NCBI RefSeq assembly: GCF_964204865.1
Contig: NC_135252.1
Coordinates: forward strand, 12,710,001-12,774,000
From: Styela clava
Taxonomy: Eukaryota
Reading direction: 5' to 3'
DNA length: 64,000 nt
In this document: positions 13,601 to 28,600 of the stretch, in pieces
Numbering within the stretch: the first letter of the stretch is position 1
Layout of the letters: every line of letters begins with the position of its first letter
Notes under the pieces: generated by a model
What the model saw: only the letters and a program-made list of their open reading frames with translations
What the model was told of the DNA's origin: nothing
Database searches by the model: none
Made by a program: the position numbers and the translations under genes

Positions 13601-16600
13601 TATAGGGTAGTGCATTAACCTGGCAAATCCAAATTGGGATGAGACTCAATTCACTACAAGTTGATATGATCTCAACCCTCATTCTCCCATTTATCCCCTT
13701 CCCCCTGTTAAATTTACTCGGGGAGTAGAGAACAACATGGATATAATACTTGCAAAATTTATCCCGAGGCAGGAGCTAGCTTTCAATGTGCTTTTAAACA
13801 TTACCATGAAAGATAATGATAATTAAATAGCTGAAACAGATTTTCACTTCAATAAAATTATTTTTATAATATTTTGAATTTTTGATTTATTTGATACTCA
13901 CGAACACAATTAGGTATACCATCGCTCCATTTTCCTCTGCTTGTTTCATCAACATCTTCACAATATATTGTGTCCACTCCATTATGAAGTCGATATTTAT
14001 CAGGACAATTAAAATCACATTTGCTGTTTCCGATATTTTCATTTGTGCATGAGTAATTGGTCTCTCTGGATAGTTTATTAGGATCAATCACATCACAAGT
14101 TATCACTATAAATTAAACAGAAATGAAACAAATTAGAATGCTTATTTATTTTAAATGATTCAAGCAGGCTGTGAAGTTGAGGGGAATTCACAATTGTTTG
14201 AATTTATTTGAAATTGGACGTCTCAAATATTCACCGAATGGCGTCTGGCAAAGGGAGCTACACATAACTCTGAAAATTATTTAACAGCGTTTCGCTACAA
14301 ATGACACAAAATTTTTAGTATTTCAAACGCCTCATGACACCGCGAGTTGCACTTTTGACGCACTGTTCAGTTTTACCTTAACTCCTCTGTTAAAAAATTC
14401 CTAGCTGCACCAATGAGTACACTGTTCCGAATGTCTAACGAAATTAATGCCTTTCCTCCAGGAAAATCAAAATTTGAACACCAACATCTGGGAGTCCTGT
14501 ATTTAGGCAGGGCTGTGGAATCGAAAAAAACCTGCGCACCTTTAATTCCAATCTCGATGCGTCCCAAATATTTAGATACTTACATATTGCCAGAAGAATT
14601 TCAAGGCCACCTATTTCATTATTCAACCCCATTAGAGTAGCTTTTATTCACCTTCACACGTTGGTTCCATCTTCTCCCATCTGCCAATCCCATCATTATT
14701 ATCATCAGTGCATTCGTTCCTTGATGAACCAGCAACATAATAACCAGTTTCACATTCAAAAGTACAAACAGAATCTTTGATATTTTCATTTGTACATGAT
14801 AATGTACCAGACTCCGGTGATTCTAACTTTGGTTTGCATTTGACAACATCAGCTGTGAATCACAATGTTCGAATGCATTATTTAATACTAACTATTTTGG
14901 GGGGTGTAGTACAAATGACAACAACGATAGATATATTGGACCCAAAGTGTACATATGAATTGTTTTGTTATATTCCTGCTAATTCACTCTAAACAAGGCG
15001 CTATGCTATACAAGTGGCTACTGAAATCTCACAATATGTAAGGAACTACCTTTATTTGGAAGGACAGGAATCTTTCAGGTTTGATATTGCCTACCCAATT
15101 GTTTTTGCCCGTAGTAATACCAAACAGGAATTGAAATGTCTTTAATGTAACGTATCACACGCATTGGGCACTATCAAAAAGCAGTTTATGTGACTGAATG
15201 TTTCTTGTAAGATTCCCCCTTTCCAAAGGGGCAGGCATGGTATTCAAACAAGAGATGAGTGATCTGTGATGCTAAAATGGTTAAGTCTAACGCTTTTACT
15301 GCTAGGCCACTGCACCATCCTTGTATCTTGTTACTGAGACAAAAAATCTTTTTTTTCCTCGCAAATAATGAACCAAGTGATTGATCTCCAATTTTCTGTA
15401 CTTACAGATGGAAAAGCTCACTAGAAAGATATATATTTTTTTCCTGATTTTTCATCAAAACAAATTTGACGCTAATTTAGAAGTTATTATTTCACTGAAT
15501 AGAAATTTATGTAAGTAGCTTGACTCAACAATAATTATAATATTTATCTTAACAGTTTTGTCTGATGAAGTTAGAGTATGATTTAATGAAAGCTTACAAA
15601 TATACATGCTATTCCATGGAAAGAGTTTATGGTATATATTTATGTATACTTACGAAAGCAGATCGGTTCATCATCGCTCCATTCACCAATTTTATCAAAA
15701 TCATTGTCGTTACATGTAACCACATTACTACCAACAACATGATATTCTTCGATACATGTAAATGTACATACTGATGTAACATATGATTTGCCAGTGCAAG
15801 ATACATCACCATGAATAGGGGATCCATATGGTGGTAAACATTCCCCCAAATAAGCTGAAATTAAATAAAATGAGGAAAAAACATGGTCGTCGAAAAAACT
15901 TACGGTAATTTCTTCTACAAGAAATAAGAAAATGTATTCAATTTTGTTCACATTTGAACTTCTGTTTGTGTATGATTGTGCCCTAAGGTTTCAGTCATCT
16001 AAGACATTCCAAATGACCGTCTCAGCACTGGAGACAACCCTACGTCCAATGCTCAAAAATTTACAGCACTCGAACGTACTCCTGTCAAGGGATTTTGCTG
16101 ATCTTAGCTACAATTGCAGCCCTGGGTTCACCAATTGTTTGATGAATATGTATAAAAAAGAATTGGAAAAAGTAGTAGTCAACTATAAAATATTAGATCA
16201 TTCTTTACCCTCTTAATCTAAAGTTTTTCAATATGAGTAAGAGTTACATAAGCTTAGTTGTTTGATAGTGTAAGGATTGATGAAAGCTATTCGACATCAA
16301 TTTTCTCACACTTTTGCTTGAGGTTTTTCTTAAATATTCACTCAAAGCAATTAAATTGCTTCCATTGCTCAGAATGATAATTTTCCAAAGGAACTACCGG
16401 TATTCTAAAATATCCCAAAAAGCTAGAATCCCAAATATCAAATATGAAAGGGAATTTTTTTTGGACACCCATGGTAAAGAAACATATATTTTTCAAGCCA
16501 TTACCAAATTTTATTATTTAATGTAGATATTTATAAATAGAATATTGTTCTCACTTGAGCAGATAGGAAAAGTATCGGACCACAAGTAAGCATCTTCTTC

Positions 16601-19600
16601 TTCTTCATTTTCTAAGCATTCAATTTCCTCAGGACCGAATAAAACATATCCATTATTACAGTAAAAAGAACATATAGAACCAACATAGGCTGCATCAGTG
16701 CATTGCATTTCCCCATCAGCTGGATCAGTTAAGTCAGTACAATCGCTCGGAATAATGATTACATATTCTGTGTAGAAAATTTTTGAAAGATTTGAAAAAA
16801 AAATGCATTATTGCTTGGTTAGAGCAGGAGCAGTGGATGTTTTTGGATGTCACAATTCCCATTTGATATGATTGTGTCAAATTTAATAGTGGCTGACATT
16901 ACTGAACTGAAGATGAAAAAAACATTAATATTATTTTAACAATTCTTAGTTTAAATAAGGTTTAAAAATAAATCTCAATTTTGTATGTAGTTTCATTTTC
17001 ATAACTTTCTCTAGGAGCAGGGTACTGCATAAAATGCTTTAGCGGACGGGCAGCAGTTTACCTATAACTGGATGAGAGTGTGCATTATTGGCACAAAAGT
17101 AGCATGTTCAAATCCAATACTGGTTATATAGACCAGGGCTACTCAACTATTTTTACCGAAGATCCACATACAAAACTTCAAAAATATTTGGGTCCGGTCT
17201 TTCCAGAAATTTTATTTCGCCATCCTTAAACACACACTTCCTCGGCCGACTAATGATTATTAACTATTCAAGATTGTTTATTATGGCGTTTTAGTTCTTT
17301 TCATATTTATTTAAATCTATAAAAGTGATTTTATAAAAGAAAAATTCAAAAGTGGAGCTAATGATCCAAAATAAAGAATTAGGCGCGGTCCGAATCGAAT
17401 ACCCGAAAGGTCCGGATTCGGACCGCAGTCCGCCAGTTGAGTAGCCCTGATATAGACTATGACCAAGATGCCTGAAGTCACATACAATTTACGACAGATT
17501 GGAAAAAAATTCCTTTTTTTAATATTAAATTATGACAAGGAAAGGTTTTATAATGTATGGTCATTCAATTAACCAAACCAAAATCTGGACACAATTTTTT
17601 GATATTGCTAAAAACAACACCAGATTTTTTGATTTTTGCTAAAATAGAAAAATGTCAATAAGAAAACAGAAGAGATTTTTAATACCGAAAAATACATTGT
17701 CATTTGTCAGAGAGATAATACATGAATGATAGACATGTTTTCTTACCTTCACAGAAAGGAAAGCTGGCATTCCAATCTCCGATTCCATCATTGTTTTCAT
17801 CAAAACAAGATGCCGGTGCCAAACCAATCAATCGAAAACTATAATCACATGTATAATTGCATGTTGAGTTAAAAAAATTTGAATCAGTGCAGTTGACAAC
17901 TCCATTTTGTAAAAACGAATATTCAGGTAAGCATTTGATTCCTGGAAAACGAAATAGAGATGGGCTAAATAAACATTCCTGACATTCAAAGCGAATGAAA
18001 TACTCAGTTCAAATTCATATATATACCAAACAGTATTGTTTTTATCAACTGACATAGACATACACCAATGTGAAAGCATAGAGTAAGGATAAGTAGTTCG
18101 TAGGTATTTATATTCTTTTTGCTCTGAACAAGGCTCTGCCCAAGCAGCCAATGATATGTAAACAACTGCTTAATTTTGAAAGGACCGGAATCTTCAAGGT
18201 GCGTGGCTCCCCCTCTCAATTTATCAAATCCATGAGATGATGAGGTGGGATTTGAATCCACAACTCCATCATACATACAATAAGTTTCACGTTTCAACCA
18301 CTAAGCTTTTACAGAAATTAGGATCTAGATAATTATATTTCATTGAAAAAATTTTCTCACTTTCACATTTGGGTATTTCCGTTGTCCATTCTCCTTTTCC
18401 ATCTTTATCTTTATCCTTACATGTCATGCTAGTATCAGATCCATCAACCCACATTCCGTCAGGACATGTAAATAAGCATTTCGATCCCCAGTAGTTTGTA
18501 TTTGAACAGTTAATATCAAGTTTATCGTCCACCATTTTCCATATAATCTCATCACAAAAGATGTCTAATGCATAGGAAATTGTGATTATGTACTTAAAAT
18601 GTCTTGCAACATATAGCAAAATGCTTTGTCGGGGGGGATTTCTTGACAGAAGACAAGTCAAGTTTATTTTTTCCAACATGACATGACCAAACCTGAATAA
18701 TATACTAGTCAATGTATAGCACATGAGTTTGAATTTGGAAATGTGGGAAAATGGAGATAAACAATGATTTGATTGGTTTTATATATTTTACAGTTTTTCA
18801 CAGAAATTAAATGAAGGCCTTTCTGGTTATACTGTGATACCTTCAAAGCTAAAAATAAAGTTTTTCAGATTTTAAATTAATAACTAAACCAAGAATTTGA
18901 AGTACAGAATGAAAAAATTTACAGGTATGTTATGTGAAGATACTTTGTTCTTATGTAATAAATCGGTAGTCGAACGACTTGACACTCCAACAATTCGACA
19001 CTCCAATAAATCCAAACACTCTTATGTCGACTTACGAATACAATTAGGTATTTCATTCTCATCCCATTCACCTACGCCATCATCATCCAAATCCTGGCAT
19101 TTCATTTCATTATATTCTTTATTTGATATCATTCCTTGCGGACAATTAAATGAACATACAGAACCAGCATGATATGAATTTGTGCATGTCATTTTTGTAT
19201 CGTTTGACAGATTAGTTAAATCAAGTTCGGTGCAGTTTATTGCTAGAGAAGAAAATGAAAAGTATTTTAGTTATAAGAATGCTGAGAGTGTTGGTGTGGC
19301 CTATTGAAAATAGTTAACGCCCAACATTGCAAAGACTGTTCAAAGACAGAGCTTTGTTCAGAAGGGGAAATTATGATTCATACAAAGGAATAGCACAAGT
19401 TATTGTCATCAAATAATAATTAAATCATTTAATAAATATACCGTCGTTGTTCAGAATAAAAATGTAATATAAAAATGGAGCTTTATTGATTATAGGCAGT
19501 GAGCTTAAAAGGAACAAAATTTCAGAAAAGCATATACGGTATTTTATTTTCTGATTCTTTGAAAAATAGTATCTCATCATATGAGAGTGACTTCTTTCTT

Positions 19601-22600
19601 GTACAGAGTCGCATTCAGAATAAAATGCATAAAAAGATAATTATTGATTTTTGGCACTAGGCTCAGAAAAAAAAACAAAATCCAGCAAAATCAACACTTA
19701 ATAGGCAAAAATTTATTTTAGTTCCCAGTCCCTTATCAAAATAGTGCCTCTTCATGTAGCAGTGACTCCAAAATGTTGCATAAAAACGATATTAATAGAT
19801 CATAGGAAGTAGGCTCAAGCAACATTGAATAGGTGACATGTTATTACGTAAAAACTCACGTCGACAATTTGGAACCTCATCACTCCATTTTCCTGTTTTA
19901 TTTCCATGTGGATCTTCACATATAAGCACTTCCGAGCCACCGACTAATGTAGTACCATCATCACAATAAAATGAACATTTCCAATTTGAACAAGAATAAA
20001 ACGTTTCATCTGTCACCATTGATCTTTTAATTTTATCACATTCAACATCTGCAATAACAGAATGCATGACACATGAAGAATTTGCTGTGAGGCCGTGAAA
20101 CAATTTGAAATGGCCATCTAATTTTCAAACAATAATGGTGATTGGTGATTGAAACAAATTACAAACCGATACATATTGCATACTAAAGATACTTACTTAT
20201 ACTTATTTTATTTTTTGTCAATTCAACCTGTGGGCACGTTAAGCTAGTTAAGCTGGAGGAGGCATGGGAGGACGGGAAAATGAAACAGCCTAATCCGGTT
20301 GACATTCTATGCCAAGTATGGGAATAGTTCGCCAGTTGTTTCGGGTGCATGGACTTGATGGTGTGATTGAACTGACCAGTGGTTTCATGGACTACCCCAT
20401 GAGTGCGAGGTATCTGGAAACCCTCTCGCACATTATTATCACCCAATTGAACCCGCAAATTTTCACAGGGTCATCAGACTATATCCTGCTATTTCGGTTT
20501 GAAAAAGTTCTATTCGCTTTGAAAATTGACTTTCCATAAAATATATCTAGATTGTCATCTTCGAATCCTATGTATATTACTGTAACTACTTAAGTTGTAT
20601 CAATTAAGTACATTTGTAATGCCTACCATAACAAATTGGTAGAGGGTCACTCCAACTGCCGTGTTCGTCATTATTCAAATCTTCACAATATATTTCCGAT
20701 ATAGCATTTGGTACTTGCATTCCATCTGGACATTGAAAAATACATTCTGATCCAAAAATATTAGTGTCATTGCATTCGAAGCTGGTTTCTGGCAATGAAT
20801 CTGAATCAATCTCTTCGCATGTTATATCTGTCACAAAAATATTCAACATATAAAATGGTAGGTATTCACAGCCACAGGAACTAAAAATAAAAAGTATTTA
20901 TTTGTGATCGTATTGTCTTGATAAGTCAAGTCAAGTTTAGTAAACTAGTAAAAAAAAATCACAAGCATAAATTACAAGAAATTGATAATTTACACAGTTT
21001 TACTGGGGAAGGGAAGTCGCGGGGAACCAAAGCTGGTTATCGAGCAGCGACACCCGATGAATTGATAGTAATTGAGGTTTGACGGTAATCTTTGCACGCC
21101 AATCAAACCAGGAAAATATCTAATGTGGCATTTTCAATAAAAAATAGCTGAAGGATTCTGTGAATATTATTCATTATAATAAGTAGTGTATTTATCGCTA
21201 TATACCAACGGCTCTGTCCCAAGATTAACCGGGTTGTCAATGCAACTATTTATTGGTAAGTAACATGGTAATTCGGGGTTAACTCAGCGATCAGTTAAAA
21301 ATTTAGATGAAAAATGTTTTAATGATCATTTGGTTCTGTTGCTAGTTTTGAGGTCCAGTATTACCATTAGCCCAGTACTACGATCTGCAAATCAGATGTA
21401 CAACTGAACATTGGGCTCAGTATCCTGACTCAACCCTTCAATTTTTTAATGGATAAGTCCATGATACTACAAGAAGGTGGGCAGATTAGGCAAATAATAA
21501 AATTTTAAGCCATACTCAATGATTACAGCAAAGGATAAAATTACATGTTATTCACCAAGCTTTACCAAGAAAAAAGAGAGAATATCTATTCGCCATCATA
21601 CACTCTGCAACTCCTCATGACAATCGAATGAGAATTTGCCATGCCTTAATTATAAGTTGCATGAGCCCACAAAAATGTCATTGATTATGACCTTAGGTAA
21701 TTCCTAATTTACTGACGTAACTGGAAATGAATTCCGTAAATTCCGTGCAAGCCTATGTATGAGTAAACTGCGAATAAAGTTATTTTACTATGGTTGTATT
21801 TATCGCAATCACATTTTACCCCAAGTGTTAAAGCACAAAAAACAGACATATTTATTGGAATAGATTTGCTTTTTTATGAGTATAAGAAAAAAAATGTATA
21901 TTTTACCTATACAACTCATTTCAGTACTATTCCATTCACCGAATCCATCAGCATCCCTGTCTTCACATAACAACATTTCTGGTCCCCCATCATTATCCAA
22001 TCTTTTACCGGTAGAGCAGCTTAATGTACAAATCGAATGTTTCTTATATTCTTTAGTACAATTCACTTTTGTGATATCAGATACGAGCTCCTTAAGATCA
22101 GGGCAGAGAACATCTGAAAATCATAACAAATGATAGATTTCATGTCAATCATTTAAGATGGTTAACAAAAGTATATGAAGATATATGAAAAAAAAAATTC
22201 CACTGGTGTACTTTTGAAGTGTGTGAAAATGATAGAAAATGTGATCCGATACCAGCTAAAAACGCCGATACCAATACTACAGAAATGCCGATATTACCGA
22301 TATTCCGATACTATATAATTATTACTTACCGTAATTAAGTGTGCTGTGTAGGGCAGAAAGGTTAAAACAATGGTCTTTGAGCGTTGTTCACTACACATTA
22401 TTTCGATCGAAAAAAGAAATATATAACATAATATGAAATTGATGTTTGGTATCCAGATGCTGATTAAGATGCATTGTACAGTGAAACTAGTAATCTCGGT
22501 GTTCAATTAGAAAACTCATAAGCCGGGATGTCCAATTCGAAGTTAATGTTAAAATCGCGACCTTCGAATATAGTTATTCGTGTTTAAAAGAATATCGAAT

Positions 22601-25600
22601 ATCGCCCACACATTCTAACGCCGTCGTCCTACGTTCAAATTAAAAGCATTTTACAAATATTTTATTTTGTGGTTGATCATAATCGTCGCCGCAATAAATC
22701 AAAGCCAACATCAAAGAATATCAATCAGCGCCGACAAAAAGAAGGCCTACTTATAACTGTCGAGGATGTTTTTTTACTTTACTATTTTATAATATTTTAC
22801 AATTGCTATCATATATTTTGAGACAGTCTAGGGCTCTAGGCGGTCATGTCAATATATCTATGTGGAAATTAAACAAAATTGAAATTAATACCTGCGTATA
22901 GGGATAATTGTGTCGGAATTTAGTTTATCGATGTCGACGGACTAAATGACACTCGTACTTGACGATTAACAGTCAGAATTTATAGACGTGCCCGAAGTGC
23001 ATGTGGCGTTAACAAGGACTCCAATTCCACTGTATATGATTTAAAACTGGGCGCCTCGTTGCTTTTTGTTATGTGCTGTGTTGATATATTTCTTCAAAAT
23101 TACTATGTAATATTAAGAATGTCAATATAAAAATTTGACAGCGAAAACAGCCAAATTAGTTGAGCTAGTTTGGCTGATAAATAGCTAAAAACAGGTGGAT
23201 CCTATTCCCTTGCGGGGGTGGGGACATGTATGGCTCATAGCTCACGATCTCTCTGGACAAAAAATAAATTTGAAAAGTAGTATTTCAACTTATCTTTAAA
23301 AACATTCTGGACCATATCAAAAAAGTTAATATATCGGCCTTAATCCAACCGATATCGATACATGGCCGATATTGCCGATACCGATACATCTCTAGTATCA
23401 GTAGCTTTAGTCACTTTAGTGTTCGCCCTTAGATTCACTCAGAAACTTCTTTATTCCGAGTAAGTGTGTGTGACCTTCTTCGAACAAATTGAGCAATTGA
23501 AAATTTATTCTACAATATGATTGATTATTTATAGTCTCAGTAGCTTTAGTCACAATAGTGTTCGCACATAGATTCGCTCAGAAAATTCTTTATTTCTGTG
23601 TAAGTGTGTGTGACCTTGCTTTGGACAAATTGATCAAAAAAAGTGATGTGGAATAAAAAATAAACAATAAAAAAGCAGCATCCTTGCATTGTACACATAT
23701 CATTTTACTAACGCAAACGCATAGAGCAAGGAAAGCGGTAACACCAACTAATATTTTTTAAGTTCATTCATTAACATACCAACACAAGAAGGATATTCCA
23801 CATTCCATTCACCGACACCATCTTTATTAGAGTCATGACATGTGAGTGAATCTGTCTCTCCAGTTAATTTAGTTCCCTCAGGACATGAAAGTTGACATTC
23901 TGTTCCGTATTTATTTGATTTTGTACAGTTTGAAATCACTTCTGATATATTTGCATTTTCTATCTCACATTTGATTTCTGAATTATGACAGAAGTGAGGA
24001 GTCATTATTAACCCCTTTACATCATGAGATCAATAGTTTTCATTTAAAAAACTTTTCATTTAAATCAATCGGTACTCGTGATGAAATGAATATTTCTGAA
24101 AATGGCCCGTTTAAGCTAAGAAAAATAATTATATGAAATCAACACTGATCAAGACTGCTTTTCTATTCTTGCTTGAAAACAATTTATCACCTTATGCATG
24201 CAAAACAGAAATGCAACCTTAATAGACTACAATAAGTGTAAAACCTATATAATATAGAAAATAACATTCTGTTATATCAACTTTCAATTCGGAAATTTTA
24301 AATTAAATACATATTTAATATTTATCAAATATCCTATCAGATGATGAATAAATATTAACTTCTTTTTAGAAATACATTTTTATGTACCGGTAAGTCAAAT
24401 TCACTCTTAGTCTAATATACTGATAATATAAATTTGAGCACATCAAGATGAGATAACCAATTTCAGACATTTAACTGGGGCACGCAAAAAAGGCTATCGA
24501 TTAGCTCTACAGTAATAAGGCCACCGGGCAAAACGGCGAAAGATTTATACATCATATATTCACCCATTTTGAACCTAGGATTTTATGATTAATGAGGGAA
24601 AATCTGAGTGTTGACAAGGGGACATACTAAATGACTTGGTGGGCCTGGTAGTGGCCCGGGGGCTGCCTGTTGCACACCCCTGTTCTAGATAATTCGAAAT
24701 CTATTAGTCTAATAGCTGCAACAAAAAAAATCAGGAAAAATTCAGCAAAACAATCTACGGGTCAAATTTGAATCTAGAAATACTCTTCAAACTCACGAAA
24801 ACAATCAGGATATGTTCCATTCCATTCTCCATTAAAATCTCCATCTGTATCTCCACATTGAATTATTTCCTGATCTAATTTTGAATTTAGCATACTTCCT
24901 TCTAAGCATTCAAAACCACAAACTGCTCCATATGATTGTGTTCCTCGGTGAAATTCATCAGTACAATTGAATTTGGTCTCAGGGGCAAAGTTTTCGGAGT
25001 CAAGTAAAGGACATAGAATTTCTGAAATATATAAATTATCAATATGTAAGATAGAATGATTAAAAACATGAGTTTCCAGATTCGGGATCAAGAATGTAGC
25101 TGTGTTGGCATCGCAAGTTAGAACAGAGCTGGGGTATTGGAAAAAATAAAAATGTTCAAAAATAATTAGTCAGTCAGAAACATGGAAGCCTGGACTGATT
25201 CAAACGTTGTGACCAAAACCTCACTCAGGATGCAATAAATTACTATGTTATTAGATTTACCAGATACCAGTAAGTACCATATTTTCCAGCTTCAAGATTT
25301 TCTGGACCCAATTTTTTGACCTGATTTTTTGGAGTCCCATTATTTAGCAGTTGGGCCTATTTTTTTTTTGCAGTCTGCTCATTTTTCCACATATCCCATC
25401 TCAGACATATCAATGAAATTTGACTAACTTGGTGGCAAAAGTGGCGCTGTGTGATGAAGTACTCCCTATGTATGGCCAATAAAAAGAAAAATATGGCAAC
25501 TGGGAGATAAAATGATTCATGACTCTTGGATTTTGACAATTCAAACAATAAGAGAAATGTCACAAGACTATTCGACACATCAGTTAACTTACGAAGTACT

Positions 25601-28600
25601 GGCTTTATTGAAGAGAATAGTAAATTTCATGTCTGTATGATTCTAGTGAAATAAACATAATCTTGTTCTAACACACTAATAGAAAAATAAGTAAAATAAA
25701 ATCGATAAAAATAGAGCAAACATTAGTGCTTAACTGACAAACAGAGAAGCAAAGTAACACAATTTTCCTGCCCCAACTTATTGGGTAGTTAAATGGGAAA
25801 AAATTTTGGTACTAAGAATTGGCCTGGTCTTATTTGCCGAATAGACTTATTTACAGGAAATACAGCATGTGGGAAAATTTCGCTAGTAAGAAAGTCATTT
25901 ATTAGAAATTTACAGATTATTTTGTTGTTTCGTTCAGAATGAAGACATTAATTTTCAACTATAAATAATTAAGTTAGTAAATAACAAAGCATTCAGAGAA
26001 AATATATAAAAAAATAAAATTTCAGGTGTTTTTCAGAAAAAAAATAAAATTTGTCACGCAACACTAACAAACCATTAAAAACTCCACCTGTACAGTTGGG
26101 AAAAGTCCCATTCCAATCACCAAACCCATCATTATCATCATCATTACAAGAAATGATTGGATCGCCATTTTCTAATTTCTTGCCAACTGAGCACGAGAAG
26201 TGACATTCGGAATTGACAAGATTTTCAGATGAACAAGATACCCCAAGTTCGGGATTAATTAAAGATGTATTAATCCCCTCACAGACGATATCTGCAACAA
26301 GAGAAAGATAGAATAAAGTTTCTTGTTTTGTCAACCAGTCCCTACATAAAAGTGAATGCTTAAACTAGTGTTCGAAGTGAAAGGCACATAAACTTTGTGT
26401 AGAAAAGTACAGTCTTTTCGTCCCAAAAGCTGAATATGTGAAACAAAATCAAATATGCATTATCATACTTATGCATTCCGGAATATCAGTATTCCATTCT
26501 CCAACACCGTCATCATTTGCATCTTCGCATGTCAGCATGGCCGTACCATCATTATCTAATTTCATGAACTCAGGACATGAAAATGTACATTCAGATCCAA
26601 AATTTTTAGATTCAGTGCATGATAACATGGTTTCTGATGAGATAGCTGATGTGTTGATCGCTGGGCAAGTGATAACTGAAAGTAACAAAAATGAGGTATA
26701 ATAAAATTTTTCATGACTTTTGATCCCACAAAATCCCATACTTCTAAGTTCCTATTACAGGTATATTTCAATATTGCAAAATTTTCGAAGTTTATTTGAG
26801 AGTGTTTAGCAAGGTGTTCATAACCATCATTTGGAATTGAAATACTTAACCAACTGTAATTTGAAAGAACTGATAGCTAATTTCAGCCTAACAGCCTGAG
26901 CCACTAGAGGAGAAAAACAATATTTCTTAACAGCAGCAACATTGATGGTGTTTGAATTTGAAATCAAAGTATGCAAAGTACCGTAGATAATTTTAACTTT
27001 GCAACTTGTCTACCTGCACAACTAGCTGCAGAAACATTCCATTCTCCTTCTCCGTCACCATCATCATCTTCACAAATAACAGATCCAGATCCTGTACTGT
27101 CATCCAATGTCATTCCTTCAGGACAACTCATATCACAATTTGATTTTTTTATAAATCCATTTGTACATGTCACTTGTGTTTCATTCGTTACAATGGTGGA
27201 TAGATCAGGACATGAAACATCTAAATGACGAACGACCTGTTACTAGAAGCTTCTTTTTTTATACCATACAAAAAAGTTGAGATATGAAACTACAGTTTAG
27301 CAAAATAAAACAAGATTTCCCCGAATGTGAAAGTTCAGAACTGTATATACTAGACAGATACAATAGTCAATTTTATATACATAAATGAGGAAGTGAATTT
27401 GGCCAAGGTGGTATTTAGGATTTAGAAAGCAATTGAGGAATGGTACCAACTATAACTATATGAATATGAGAAAATGTAGTGAATTGTTCACACAATCCAT
27501 GTAATCTTTATCAAAATACATATACATCAGGGTTTCTTAACCATGGATACTTTGAGAACTGTTGTTCGGGTAAGAGAACGCTTAATTGTTTGGTTCTGCG
27601 GAAAAAATACATGAAGAGTGCAAACAACAGCAATAAAAATCTATTATTTCAACTGAGACATGGCACTGGCAAGATACTGATATATTACTGTAATTTATCC
27701 ATTATTAGATAATGTAATACTAATTGTATTATATTAGTATCAAATACATAAAAAATTGAAAATTTTGTTATTTATATAAAAAGCACTTGATGGCAACAAT
27801 TCTACTACATAAATATTCTTACCGATACAATCAGGTACCGGTACATCAATATTCCATTCACCAACACCATCATCATTCGAATCAACACATTCCATTGTAT
27901 CCATTCCACCAGATAATTTCATTGTATCGATACATTCAAATATACAAACAGAAGCATAGATATTCCTATTTGAGCAGTTAAAAGTTGTTCCAGAAGAAAA
28001 GTTGGACATAGTAAAAGACGGACAAAGTATTTCTGAAAAATAAATTATTACCTGAACATGTTAGGGTAAGGAAATTTGTATTTGCTGGTAGTTGGTACCA
28101 ACAATGGGTAACTGGTTTGATATCACAATGGCTCCAGCTTTACGGCATATTTAAACTGTGGCTGCAGCTCTAGTATTTCATTTTCCCCTTGGGGTCTAGC
28201 TTCATTGAGGATTTTCGTTATGACCACCTTCATGAAATTTTGCCCTTGATGTAGTTTCACAGCAGTGGGACTCAAAACCATAGTTAAAGGGTTATAAATT
28301 TTAAAATTTAATTCTATACTTTTAAATATTAGAAATTGAATATTGAAAAAATTATAAGCTAAAAAAGGATAGATTTTATTATTTGTATGAAGTAGTAGAA
28401 AATTATAAATATGAAAAAATAATAGGATGGTCTGGAGTAGTAGCTAATAAAATTTCTGGTAGTTCCAGCTCCATCTGTCATGGTAAGCTCAACTCTAGCT
28501 CCAACAAAATGTCTTGGCTCTATAGCTTCGGTTGTCCAGTCCTGTTGAAAATCTTGGCCAAAATGTGAAGTTTACAGTCTTGGTAATTTAGCAACAAAAA

